Positions 11,889-24,420 of a stretch of 64,000 nucleotides of DNA are shown here, one piece after another (position 1 is the first letter of the stretch; each line of letters starts with the position of its first letter). A model generated the notes under the pieces. The model did no database searches. It was not told the DNA's origin and saw only the letters and a list, made by a program, of their open reading frames with translations. The DNA comes from Callorhinchus milii (lineage: Eukaryota). The stretch lies in NCBI RefSeq assembly GCF_018977255.1, contig NW_024704742.1:52516001-52580000 (forward strand), given 5' to 3'. Made by a program: the position numbers and the translations under genes.

Positions 11889-13424
11889 AACTGCATTAAC
11901 ATATTCTCTAGGAAGAACAGCTTTTTCTGTGGGATCAGACTTCAAATGCTCGACTGTGCTGTATTTCATGCAGTTGGGATGTGCATGAATTGATAGTCCA
12001 TAACTGCTGTAATATAATGAATCAATTCCGTTCTCCTCCTCAGCCCAGGGCTGAGAAAACTACTAGAATTATAGCTTTTCTTTCTAGTTAGATTACTTTA
12101 AGGTGTTCAGCTGCTGTCTGGCATTCTCTTATCTACTTTGCAAGCTGTGGTGTAGACATTTGTTTTGTCTCTGTGTCTCAGTAGGAGTGAGAACAGGAAC
12201 TGGTACAAATCCACTTAGCCTGAGTTCTTCTATAAATATGGAAAGTTCTAATTTTAGCACCCTAGCACTTTTCCTATTCTGGTGACATGGTGTACTTTCC
12301 AAGTTATTTTGTAGAGAAAATATCTGTCAAACAGTTAAATAATGAGAATAAAATGGGTACCAATTATCTCTGGCTGAGCAGAGACTCACTTACTTATCTA
12401 ACAGGCCCAAAATGCAATGAAAACTAAATGCCTGGATGGGCTACTGCTGTTCCTAATTGGAAGGTAGCTTCCTGTACGGGAGTAAATCTCAGGCTGCGTA
12501 ATAAAAGTTTGTCACTAAAAGGCAATTTTCACAAGTTTTAATAAAGCAACCCAGATATAAAAACTTTTCCAATTTTTATCCTACGTTCACTCTCTCCAAA
12601 TCTCTCTGTATTTCCTTAAATCTGCTGAATCTTTCAGCTGGGAGGAAGAGCAAGTGGTCATTTTGTGTCTGAAATACTGCATGTTCTTAGCCTTAAGAAG
12701 TGTCTTAAAATTCTGGATAACGGTCTTCATTATTATTATTAAATACAGTCTTTATTCAGCAAATTTTCAGCAGCTTTTTTTTGGTCCTATGGAAAATCTG
12801 CTTCTCAATAAAGTCTGAATTCCAGACTGTTTTCATAATTCTGCACCATTCTAAATTTTAAGAAAATGGTATTAAGTCCAAGATAATGAGAAATGTTAGG
12901 TTTTCAATGTCTGCTTGTGTGCATGAGCAAAGACACAAGATTACATAATTTCACTGTGACATTGTTTCTTTTTTCTGTCCCACTTTGCCACTTTCCTCAT
13001 CCAATTTATGATTAGTACAAGGGCACAATTACTTTGATATTTCAGCCCTTCATATCTTGCCCAAGTGACTATTTTTTACATGCGATCCTAGACCGGGTCT
13101 GGGGCATCCCAACCAACCTCCACTCAGCCAATCCTAATCCTGTACTAGACCAGTTGGCCCCAAATTCACTTGGTATTAGCATTAAGATCAATTTCTTAAA
13201 ATTTTAAATTGTGCAAAATTTGGGGAAACTTATATTTTCTTAATTTTAGTTTTTACTTGGAAGCCAAGTGCCCACAACTCTTTTCGGCCAAAATAGAAAT
13301 TCTTAAAACAATTGTCTTAAGCCTAACAATATGAGAATAGTTGGGCCCTCAGATGCCTTCACATACACACTTTCCAGGAGCAGAAGTTCTGGCTGTTATT
13401 AACCCTCTGACTCAGATAACAAAT

Positions 13425-13800
13425 AAAATAATAATAATCTTTACGTTTGATATAACACCTTCACATTTGGATAGATATCTCAAAGCGCTTCACAGGATAA
13501 ACTGTAAAATGGAATGACTGTGCATTTTGTTGTTGAATGCAGCAGCCAATTTGTGCACAACAATGTCCCACAGACAGCCATAAAGTGAATGACCAACTTT
13601 ATTTAAGAGGTTGTTGTCAAGGACACCAAGAGAAACTCCCTTCTCTTGTCAAATAGTACCAAGGATCTTTAATGCCCATGTGAACAGATAAGTAGTCTTT
13701 GGTTTAATGTCTCGTCAAAGGATAGCATCTCCAATAGTGCAGCACACCCCAAACTCTCCATTGGAGTGTCAGTTCAGACTATATGGATTCCAGAGACTGA
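13425..13800 (-). mobile_element. Deu-domain SINE
   Basis: rc tail plus ggacaccaagagaaactcccttctcttg...ggatctttaatgccca. Confidence 0.72.
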
Positions 13801-14380
13801 ATCTAGTTGTCACATTGAGTGCTGGCTGAGAGCTGCTAGCTCAGAATAACCAGGGTGTCAACCTTAGATCTTCTTAACTTAATCTCACTTCGAAATGCAT
13901 TTATACATTGAGTCATTGAAGGAGCCAGCTCTTTTGCAGGATCCCCAATGTTGGGAGTGTTCACTCTTTTCATTATTCATCACCATAAAGAGCACCACAG
14001 ACTTTTCTGCAGAAGGGTCTTAATCACCTGCTCTTTGGGATGCCAAAGGTCAGTCTTGTGGTCAGTAAGATTACGACTCGGCCCCATTATGAAGTCATGA
14101 CCCATTAAATGGAAACAAATCCCTTCTGGGTGTCGATTACAGTTTCACTGACACAGTAGCTCGAGTGGCCAGTAAATCAGTGGCCAGAGACTGAAGCTAG
14201 GGCTAAACTCCCCTTCTCTCTATAAACATGTCAGTCAGTTAGCTGATAGCTTGAAGCTCAAATTAAGGGACAAACTTTGTTTGGAAAAACAAGCAATTGG
14301 AAAAATACAGCCCAAAGCATTCTTTATTGTTATATGAGTTTATAAGCAAGTTCACAGCTTCTTAACTCTGTACTAATAAC

Positions 14381-14604
14381 TCACGCCTAATAATAATAAT
14401 AATCCCTCCAAAACCAAAAACAATAATAAATTGGTCATTTTCAATCTATGACTGTTTGTGGGACATTGCTGTGCGCAATTGGCTGCCGCGTTCGCCCACA
14501 AATATACAGTCAATTCACTTTACAGTGTGTTCTGTGAAGCGCTTTGGGACGTTCTCCCGACGTGAAAAGCGCTATATCAAATGCAAAGATTATTATTATT
14601 ATTA
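14381..14604 (+). mobile_element. tRNA-derived SINE, short subfamily, 5'-truncated
   Basis: Starts cacgcctaataataataataatccctcc; near-identical to the other young copies. Confidence 0.9.
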
Positions 14605-15367
14605 CTGATAAAATATACTCTGGGCAACTAAATCTATATTTCAAAGTCTGTAGACCAAACTCTCAGCACAGATGTAGAGACAGACCTACAACCATACTTA
14701 GGAACTGTTTCAATTATGAAGAAGCCTTCAAATTTGCCTACAAAATACAGTTATTGCACTTTACAATAAATCATGTGGAAGACTTTGAGACATCCTCCTG
14801 ACATGAAAGATGTTATGCAAGGATTATTAATAAATTAATTGCTACAAAATTCAATTAAGAGTATGGCTGTTGGACTTTCAAGCCTTATCACCATTGAGCA
14901 TGGTAGAGCAGCAGAGAGCTGTTAGGAGTATAGGGTTTCACCAGCTGTCTCTAACCTGATAAGGTCTGCTCACATTAGTAAAATGGCCATGATTAATCAG
15001 AATCAAAGTTTGTACCTAAAAGATAGCAAATAAATGCAGATAAATTTTGGTGAATGTATTCATCTTTTTCTGGAGCAAGATGTGTTTGAGTCAGTGATAT
15101 GCTTCGAATTATCAGAAGACCCCTCCTAATTAAGAAATCAATTAAGAAATACTGCAAAATTGACCCAGATATATCACAAATATACACGGAAATCTTGAAT
15201 GCAGGAACAGAAACACACGGTCGACCTCACTGTTTTCAGCACAAGAGTTTATTTACAGTATTTTCTGGCATCCCTCAATGCTTCACTACAATGGATCTGC
15301 CAAAGGATGCTGCTCCCAATTTGGAAAACAGCATTTGAGTGCAGCTACTAACCGGATGCTGACTTAA

Positions 15368-15678
15368 TTCACTTGATATCCTGTGGAACAGTACTCAAAT
15401 ATTGCCTCTAGGATTTAAAACACAAATTACTCTGGCTTTTCCTGCTATCCAAGATGGCAATGATTTTTTGTTTAAACACAAATAGGATCAATCCATTGTG
15501 CAAAGGGGTAGATGTTTAGTCCTACAGCAAGTCTTTAGAGATGGCAGGAAATCAATGGCATGTCATAACAGATTTGATATGATAATTATCACATCAAATC
15601 TGTTATGAAATGTTGCAGATTACACCCCAATATTAAAACCTAGAGGCAATATTTAAGTGCCACAGGATATCAAGTGAA
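15368..15678. repeat. Palindromic / MITE-like element
   Basis: Inverted arms at 15368-15418 and 15633-15678, plus an internal 46-bp palindrome at 15563-15608. Confidence 0.75.
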
Positions 15679-16002
15679 ACATATAGTCAATTCACTTTAC
15701 AGTAATATTCTGTGAAGTGCTTTGAGACTTCTCGAAAACATGATATGGCGCTATATTATATTCTAACAGCATCCAAGTTTATTGCACGTTAGCTCAATTT
15801 GTCTGTCTTAGATACAATCATCATACTTTGCTGGACTGATGATATGAACCTGAAGCAATTTATTATCTAAAATAAAGCTGAATGTTCCTTCAGAATATCA
15901 AGAATAAATATTTGAAGTGAAAGTGAAAATTTAATGCAAATTCTAAATAATTTGGAATTCTTATCTGTTTTTTCATTCTGCACACTTTGAAGAAATTCTT
16001 CA

Positions 16003-16363
16003 ATAATAATACGCCTTGCGTTTGATATAGTGCCTTATCACGTCTTTAAGTCGTCTCAAAGTGCTTCACAGAATATACTGTAAAGTGAATTGACTATAGT
16101 TTGTGGGCGAAACGTGGGAGCCAATTGCGCACAGCAGTGTCCCACAAACAGTTGTGGATTGAAGTGACCAATTTTTTATTTTTTATTTTTTTTAAAAGGA
16201 ATTATCACCCCTGGAAAAGCGATCCGCCATTCGACTAACAACTGGGTTCCTGTTTACTGCTAGGTAAACAGAGTTGTGTGGAGTAAGGAAACTTACCCAA
16301 CATTTTGCCCTGCCCGGGAATAGAGTATAGAATACTCACTTGTAAGGCGAGTGCTCTAACCAC
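16003..16363 (-). mobile_element. tRNA-derived SINE, long subfamily
   Basis: rc of the consensus, including ttcctgtttactgctaggtaaacagag. Confidence 0.85.
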
Positions 16364-16399
16364 TTAGGGTTAACTCTGAGGTGAATGATGAATTAACTT

Positions 16400-16900
16400 T
16401 GGGATTGTTGTCCAGCACGCCAGAAGGAATTCCCTTCTCTTTGTAGATACATGTAGAGTCATGGGATTGTTAATGTCCACTTCAAAAGAAGCAGATGAGA
16501 TCTCATTTTAACATATCATCCAAAAGATGACATCTCTGATTCTGCAGCACTCCCTCCAGAATTGCACTGGAGTGTTAGAACAGATTGTGAATTGAAGTCC
16601 TACAGCAACCAATTTGAACATATCAACGTCGCACAAACAGCCATGAAACGGATAATCACATTTTATATGAGATATTGTTAGCCAGGATGCAAGGAAAACT
16701 CCCTTCCGTTTTTGAAAAAGGTCTTGCAATCCTTAATGTCTACATGAACAGGCAGATGAGAACTTGATTTAACATTTCATCTGAAGAATAGGACCTCCAA
16801 CAATGCAGCCCTCCATCAGCATTGCACTAAAATATCAACCAGGTATGTGAATTCAAAGCCTCAGAGGGGAGAGTGCTGCAGATACTGACAACTGAGTCAG
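16400..16900 (-). mobile_element. Two adjacent diverged Deu-domain SINE fragments
   Basis: Repeated rc Deu motifs (aatgtccacttcaaaagaagcagatg; aatgtctacatgaacaggcagatg). Confidence 0.65.
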
Positions 16901-18429
16901 GCTGATGCTCAACTGAGTGTGTAAGAAACTAGCAAACAGGGGAGGGAGGAAAATATAAAAAGGAAATAGAAGGTTCAAAGATTTTGACAAAACAAGTTAA
17001 AGGATGAAAAAAAAGGAGAAACCATCCTATTTCCCTTGTCCTCTGAGTGTTCTGTATCAATGCATTGCTTCTGAATCGCTTCTGTCCTTATCTCACTCCC
17101 ATCCATACTGAAACCCTTATTTATGCCTCCACTGCAATCATCTGATAGCCGTGCCATGGTGCCCTGATAATTTGTAGAAACAGAATCATACACTGTTTAA
17201 AGCACAACACATGATGTGCTGGTGTTAGCTCTTGATGTACCTTTCATATTTTCTTCCACGTATTTATACATGGAATCTGGGCAGAGGAGCAATATCGGTT
17301 TCCAATATGAGAAGTGAAAAAGTCTGCCAGTGCTGGAAACACTGAAGAAAGGTTTGTCCAAGTTCAGGGAAGAACAATAACCATAAAACAACTGAGTATT
17401 AGCAGATGTTCATCACCATCACACGGCAGCCTAATGATGATGAAGTAGAGCGGAGTGTGTTCCTAGAACAGACTAATAAAGGCTGCCCTTTGTTTTTCTG
17501 CTTTTTATTATGTAATAGGAAGTGGTTAACAGATAAAGCGGTTGAATTAATATCAGTCTCCCACCTTTTAATTGTATGTATGAAAACATGTTAGGAAATA
17601 TTGTACTCTGATAAGTTTGAAATTGATTTTATTTTAAATAGAGCACTAGCTTTGCAATTTCCTTGCACATATCCTTTGTTTTCTCTCTATTTTATGTTAT
17701 CTTGTACTGACCCCCCAGAGAATCCATTAACATACAATAAGATTTCCTTTCATTGTAACTTGCAGGCATAATTGGAAGTATGGGTTGTAGTAATGCAGAA
17801 CTATAGTAGTGAGGATAGGAGGCAAAGCCAGATTTGTAGGAGTCGCCTAAGCAATGTATCTGACAGGAAGTCGCAGGATGGGTGACTAATTCATGGCACA
17901 TGTTGTGGTAGTGATACTGGCCACATGCTGTTCATATCCCTTTAATCTGATCATGGCAACAGGAAACTGTGTGACGTAGAAAAAATGCATGTAATCTTGT
18001 CAAACTCATTAGATGTACCTTGCAGAGAATTTGAATCTTCTCTCTCTTACATTTAGAATTGGTATGTGTGAAATTTCCATCCAAAATTTGTTGCGCTATA
18101 TCAAATTCAAGGATTATTATTATGTAGACATTTCAATAGGGTTAGCTGTTTTTTGATGTGAGACAATGGAAACTTAATGGAAGAGATATTTTTGCTTCTT
18201 TGATCAATATGTCCCATCAAGTTAACTTTATTCTGGACATTGAAGATAAATCCATAACATTATTTAAGAAGGAATTGGATAAATATAAAATGAAAAATAA
18301 TGCTAAAGGGTGCAGGCGAATGGAATTGGACAGGTATATTCAGTGAACAGAATGACATCCTTCTGTCTATAAACCTTTTGGGCTTCTATAATTCCTATAA
18401 ACTTTAAAACCCTGGAGTTGCTGACAATT

Positions 18430-18742
18430 CATAGAATCATAGAATTATACAGCACAGAAGGAGGTCATTCGGCCCATCATGTCTGTCCCGACTCTTTGAA
18501 AACAGCTATCCAATTCAATCCCACTCTCCTGCTCTCTTACCATAGCCCTGCAAACTTGTCCTCCCGAAATAATGATCTACTTCTCTCTTAAAAGTTGTTA
18601 TCGAATCGGCTTCCACCACTCTTTCAGGCAATGCATTCCAGATCTGAACAACTCGCTGTGTGAAAAAATTTCTCCTCACCTGCTCTCTGTTTCTTTTAAC
18701 AACTATTTTAAATCGGTGCCCTCGGGTTACCGACCCACCCAG
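18430..18742 (-). mobile_element. CR1 3' end with ORF2 C-terminus
   Basis: TRGHRFKI...RRNFFTQRVVQIWNALPERVVEADSITTFKRE; terminal (atagaatc) repeats. Confidence 0.92.
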
Positions 18743-19576
18743 CATTAGCTGAAGATAAATTATAAAGTTAGGACGAAAATTGCAATATGTCATGGGATAT
18801 TTATCACTGGCACATATGTATGTACTAATGGTAATGATCACATCACAGATATGTTACATGCAATTGTTTATGCATAGGTGATAGTTGTCTTATCACAATA
18901 AATATTGTGTGACCGTGATAATTTTTCACATCATAAGTCTACAATACAAAAACTTGTTGGAGAGGGGGTACAATTTTTGAATAAATAACTGATTTTACAA
19001 TATAATTGTATTAAACCACACCGACTAACAGCTTCCTGCCTTCATTGTGGTTTGATTTTTGTGGCTTTACTACAATCCCAACAGGAATATTTGTTTCATA
19101 AGGCAGGCCCTTGGCAGATACCCTTCATAAATATTCTGAGAAAACAACAGTGTCAAAAGCTGCTACACAAGCAGGAAATGCAATAAACAAGTTTTGCTGG
19201 ACCGGTGAAATAGACATTTAATCTTGGTCTTGATAAATATAACTAAATACAACTTATTTTTAGTAACAAGTTAGTATTAAATTGTGCATGGTCTCCAGTG
19301 CTTTCTCAATAACAATAATACGATAAACATTATACACATGCATAGCATTGATAAAATATGATAGCCCGTCCCACTGTCTTTGTCATTACAATTTCTCCTG
19401 AATTTCCCATATAGAATTGGATATTCACTTCATGGCTGTTTGTGGGACATTCCTGAATGTAAATTGGCTGCTGTGTTCACCTACAAAAAGGTGCCGGGGC
19501 ATATCAAGTGTTAGATTTATTATTACAATTATTATTATTAAAATGGTTGTTTCTCAGTCAAACAATACCCTGTGTG

Positions 19577-19649
19577 GCCCCAGTGGCCTAATGGATAAGG
19601 CATTGGTCTCCGGAACCAAGGATTATGGGTTTGAGTCCCATCTGGGGTA
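19577..19649 (+). tRNA. tRNA-Arg(CCG) gene or pseudogene
   Basis: 73-nt cloverleaf: acceptor GCCCCAG/CTGGGGT, D-arm GGCCTAATGGATAAGGC, anticodon arm TTGGT-CTCCGGA-ACCAA, T-arm ATGGG-TTTGAGT-CCCAT. The T-loop reads TTT instead of TTC and there is no adjacent T4 terminator. Confidence 0.85.
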
Positions 19650-21834
19650 AATGAGGCAATTAAATATTTATACCATGAGCCAAATGGCCTTCTTCTTTAC
19701 TATAAATTTCTATGGTTCAGCTTGGACCTAAGATTTTGTCATGTCTTGCCAGGGAGCCTGTAATATTTACCATTTTTATTTCACCGTAGAACTTGATAAA
19801 ATTGTTATACACAAAGAAAAAAAAGTTTGTAATCTGTTTGGTTATATATTGTCTCAAGCTTTACTCCTGTGGTTTGTGATATGATCTGAAACCCTCTTAG
19901 ATTACTGTTTAGTTAGCACTCCTGGCTGTAATTTGTTTATGTATTGAGGCCCCAATCTCTGTATCTCACACATCTGGTAGAAAGGATTTCTACATGATTC
20001 ACTCTATTATCTCAGACAGGCAAAACTCAAGGTTCGGACACATCCAATGGCCATCACAGGGAGACTTATTCAGCTTGTTGTGACTATCCCATGCCTCTAC
20101 TACTTTCACAATGTTACTGCACAACAGGTCCATAAAACTTAACAGTGCGTGAGACCAGAAACAAATAGACTCCCTTAATACCACCATAGATCAATGTGAA
20201 ATCACACACTTTATTTTATGCCAACACAATCATCATTTTATGATATTTCAAATTACAAATAATTCCCTGGATAATATTAGTAGGTGAATATGTTAAACTA
20301 TATCAAGTGTTTAGCTCAAATAATTTGGAGGTGATTCTCTGACCCACTGGTAAATATATTGGTCTTGAAAGTATAAAGGGAAAATTCAATAATATTCTTG
20401 TCTCTCAGGGTCAGTAAATTTATCGTCAATTGACAAATCGCTGGGTGCAGTCTTCAGCATAGAAACGTTCCACTGAAATCTTCTCAAAGTCTGAAATATT
20501 TTATAGTACTGTGATTTTTTAATACCACATGGTTTTATTTATTTTAGATTTGGTGTAAAGTTTTGAAAGAATTGCATTCCGTACGAAAATCAAGCAGAAG
20601 TTGTTACAAATGCCACATCATTTTTACACAATTGTTAAGACAGATATAGTGTCCAGCTTTTCCTTATAGAATTCAATGTGCATTTTACAGTACAACACCA
20701 TTTATAATTCACTTCCTGCTTTGCTGAGGGAGTACGCCATTGTTAGAGGTTTCGTGCTACAGATGAGACATTAAACTGAGGAGCCTCTCTGCATGTTCAG
20801 GTGGACAATAAAGATCCCAGGCAATATTCAAAAACATGAGAGAGTTTCTCCTAGTGCCCTTCAGATAAAATTGATCTTTCGCTTCATAACTGCGAGGCAT
20901 TACTGTGGGCAAATTGACTGACGCAGTTGCCTCAAAAACAGACTGAATTGAAGACATTGTTGAAGATCAGCGAAGGTGTCCGCTCATCACTGAAACCTTT
21001 TCTGACAAGTTTATTTTGCTAGAAGTGAAGAAATAATGCATTGAACAATAAAGATTGAGTGTGAGAAATCCTGATTTATATTGCTTTAGCCCAGGATTAA
21101 GAGTTCTTTGCATGTACAGAGCTTTTGTAACTAGTTGTTACTGTTATTAATATTATAGTAACAGCCAATTTGCACTTTAATAACATTAAAATATGGTCTT
21201 TTATAACTTCTTGGATAGTCCAATTTAGTTTTTCTGAATGGAACTCATGTTGAGCACAGCCATCACGGTGCAAACTGATGTTCTGCTGAAAGTATCTCTG
21301 CAAGATGGTCATAGCAACTGGAATCCAATGCAATTCATTTCCACATCACCTGATTTATGTAATTTACAGCATAAAGTACAGTATAAAAAGGATATCAGTG
21401 ACAGATTCTAGGTTCAGAGGATCCACTGTGGTGATTTGATGTTCTATCATTCATCCAAAGCCCTAATGTAATGGATTTCACACCTCCATAAGCTATACCC
21501 ACATATTTCAAGAGTGAACTGTCAGTGAGCTAATGCTGAGTCTGTATTGTACACTGATACTAACATTAATATTGCTTATTATCACATTTTGTTTAATTTG
21601 GTAAAACCAATACAAGTTTCACTCAAGCATGATTATCTACAAAGTTACTCCAATCCTAACCTTTTAAATCCAATTTCACAGGCACAGAACAAAGATACTA
21701 ATTCAGTGACATCTTGTTGCATAATGCATGTGGGGAGAACAAAGTCTGAGTTAAATATCCCATTAATATCATGCTTATATTGTTAATATCAATGAACAAT
21801 CCACTCTGTATGATTGTGCTGTGCTTTTATAAGA

Positions 21835-22215
21835 ATAATAATCAATGCATTTGATATAGCACCTTAGCATTTCTTCACAACATCTCAAAGTGTTTCACAA
21901 GATTTTACTGTAAAATGTAGTGACTGTGTATTTTGTAGATGAATGTGGTAGCCAATTTCCACACTGCAATTCTACAAATACCCATGAAGGAAATGGCCAA
22001 TTTCTATTTGGTGATTGTTTGCCAGGATACTGGGAGAAACTGGCTTCTCTTTTTGAAAAGTGCCATACGATCATTAACATTCACCTGAACAGACAGATTA
22101 GACCTCAGTTTAAGGTCTCAACTGAAGGACGGCATCTCCAACAGTGCACTATTGCCCAACTTTGCATTGGAGTGTCAGGCTAGACTATGAGCTCAAAGTT
22201 CCAGGGTGAGACATG
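21835..22215 (-). mobile_element. Deu-domain SINE
   Basis: rc tail and Deu motif cattcacctgaacagacagattagacctcagtttaaggtctca. Confidence 0.72.
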
Positions 22216-22387
22216 AGGTTACATGTATAATACATGAATCTTAAAGTATAATTTTGTCTGTGTGTACGGTCATTAGGAAGACTTAACCCTTATACTGTAA
22301 TATTCCATTAATCTCTGGTGTAATTGTTGCATTTGTTCCCAATACTGCATTCATTGCATACTTAATGCTTCCTAGCAAAGTAGGAAT

Positions 22388-22870
22388 ACAACAACAATTT
22401 GCATTTATATAGTGCCCTCAAGTAGGGTAGCGTCCCAGAGCATGTGAAAGGACGGAGCATGACACCGAGCCTGGGGGAGGGGGGTTGTGACCGAAGGCAC
22501 AGTCGAAGAGGAAGGTCTTCAAGCACGATCTGAAGTTAGGGAAGGAATGGGCAAGGCAGAGAGATACAGGAAGAGTGTTCCAAAGTTTCGGGGCATAGTG
22601 GCTGAAAGTGTGGCCAGCGCTAATGGATCAGAGGGCGCAAGGGAAATGCAGAAGGTCAAAGCCAGTTGAGCGGAGGCAGCAGGCAATGGGTTGGGGAGTA
22701 AGCAGGTCAGAGAGGCAGGGAACTGCCAGGGCATGAAGGGATTTGAAAACAACTGTGAGGGTCTTGAAATCGATCTGTTTGGTGATAAGGAGCTGGTGAA
22801 GCCTGATTAGAACTGAGTGATGGGGGTACGGAGTTTAGTGCGGGTTAATATGCGGGCGGCGGAGTTTGGA
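22388..22870 (-). mobile_element. L2 LINE 3' fragment (older subfamily)
   Basis: (CAA)n tail, then the rc of L2 ORF2 end motifs (cggagtttgga, gatctgtttggtgataaggagc). Confidence 0.8.
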
Positions 22871-24084
22871 TCAATACATAGTGCTATCTGTCATTGGAGG
22901 AAAAGTAACAATAACTTGCATTTTTATATATATATGTATAGTGTCCTTCACACGGGGTAGCGTCCTCGCATGAAGTAGTAACTTAAGTACTGCCATGTTG
23001 TGCTACAACATCGTAACATAACATTAACTGTAACATAACATTAGTTGTGACATCTTCAGTGAAAATCTTGCCCACCTTGTGAGGTGGAACTATTTAGAGG
23101 GAAAGTGTTGTTCTGGGGTTCTGATCGTGCAAAGCATCCCCACTGTCAACACACCAAGTGACCCTCGGGCTACTTCATCATATGGAAGTGATTAGTCACA
23201 TCAACAGAAGACACATTACAGCTCTGACTACTCTCTGAAACGAAAAGCTTCTTATCTTTCCTAAAAATTTGGAAAACAAAAAAAATTGGTTGCTGCCTAG
23301 CACATAAGTTCATATTGTGGAAGATGTTACCTTGGTGCCCTATTATAACATGATGATTGAGATGCATAACACCCGCAGCATAAGGAGGCATGCTAGCCTG
23401 TTTTACTGTGCATGTGCACAGCCAGCCAACTCGCTCTCTGCACCTGGGCCGGTTCCTATACTAAATGAAAAAAATGGCCAAATTCAAGGTTATGAGGTTC
23501 CCACTATGTCATTTCCTGTTTGCTGCACTAGGGGAGACCTATTACCCCAGAAGTTGGCCATTTAGCAAAAAATGACTTACCTACTTTTGGTGTTATATAG
23601 CTAACATAGGGGAAGAAAGCGGACTATCTGCACACATGCCCAATGAATGGGGTACTCAGTACAGCCGTTTTACAACCAAATTTGTGCCATAAAGAAGCAT
23701 GTTATAACAGCACTGCACTCACTGTATATCTGTTGCAGAGTAACTCTATCATTTTCATTTGCCACAATGGAGACTAATTGATCAATTGTACCAAACTTCT
23801 TTATCAAATGATAATGTCCCTTGAAAGCAGAGAATTGCTTCATCAATCACATATCCTAATAGATTTAGTGAGGCCTGAAATAACAGATTAAAATTTGCCC
23901 ACAGGCCCAGTGTTTTATTTTACAATTGCATTGCAGTTGATCTCACTGAAGTGTGACCCTTTACTGCCTTATTTTACTTGCATAGTTTACAGTTTCTTTT
24001 TATATATCTATTATTTTTCTTCCATTGTAAGTTTTTCCTAAAATGCATTTAGAACTTTACCAAACGTGCGCTCTCTTATCCTAC

Positions 24085-24420
24085 ATCGGGGCTTTGAATT
24101 CACTGTCCAGGCTGACAATCCAGTGCAGAGCTGAGGGACATTGCATTTTTGGAGGTTCTATCCTTTGAATAAGATGAGTTCTTGTCTGCCTGTTAAAGAT
24201 CCCATAGCACTATTCAAAAAAAGAATGGGCTTTCTCCGAGTATCTTGGCTAATAATCCACCAATTGATAAAATTGGTCATTCCCTTCATTAATGTTTGTG
24301 GGACCAATTGACTGCCATGTATGGTACAAGATACACAGTCACCACATCTTACTGTCAATCCCGTGAAGCCTTTGAGACATCTTCTTGAAGTGAATATATC
24401 AATTCCAAGGATTATTATTA
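24085..24420 (+). mobile_element. Deu-domain SINE
   Basis: tgtctgcctgttaaagatcccatagcactattcaaaaa.. plus tail. Confidence 0.7.
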
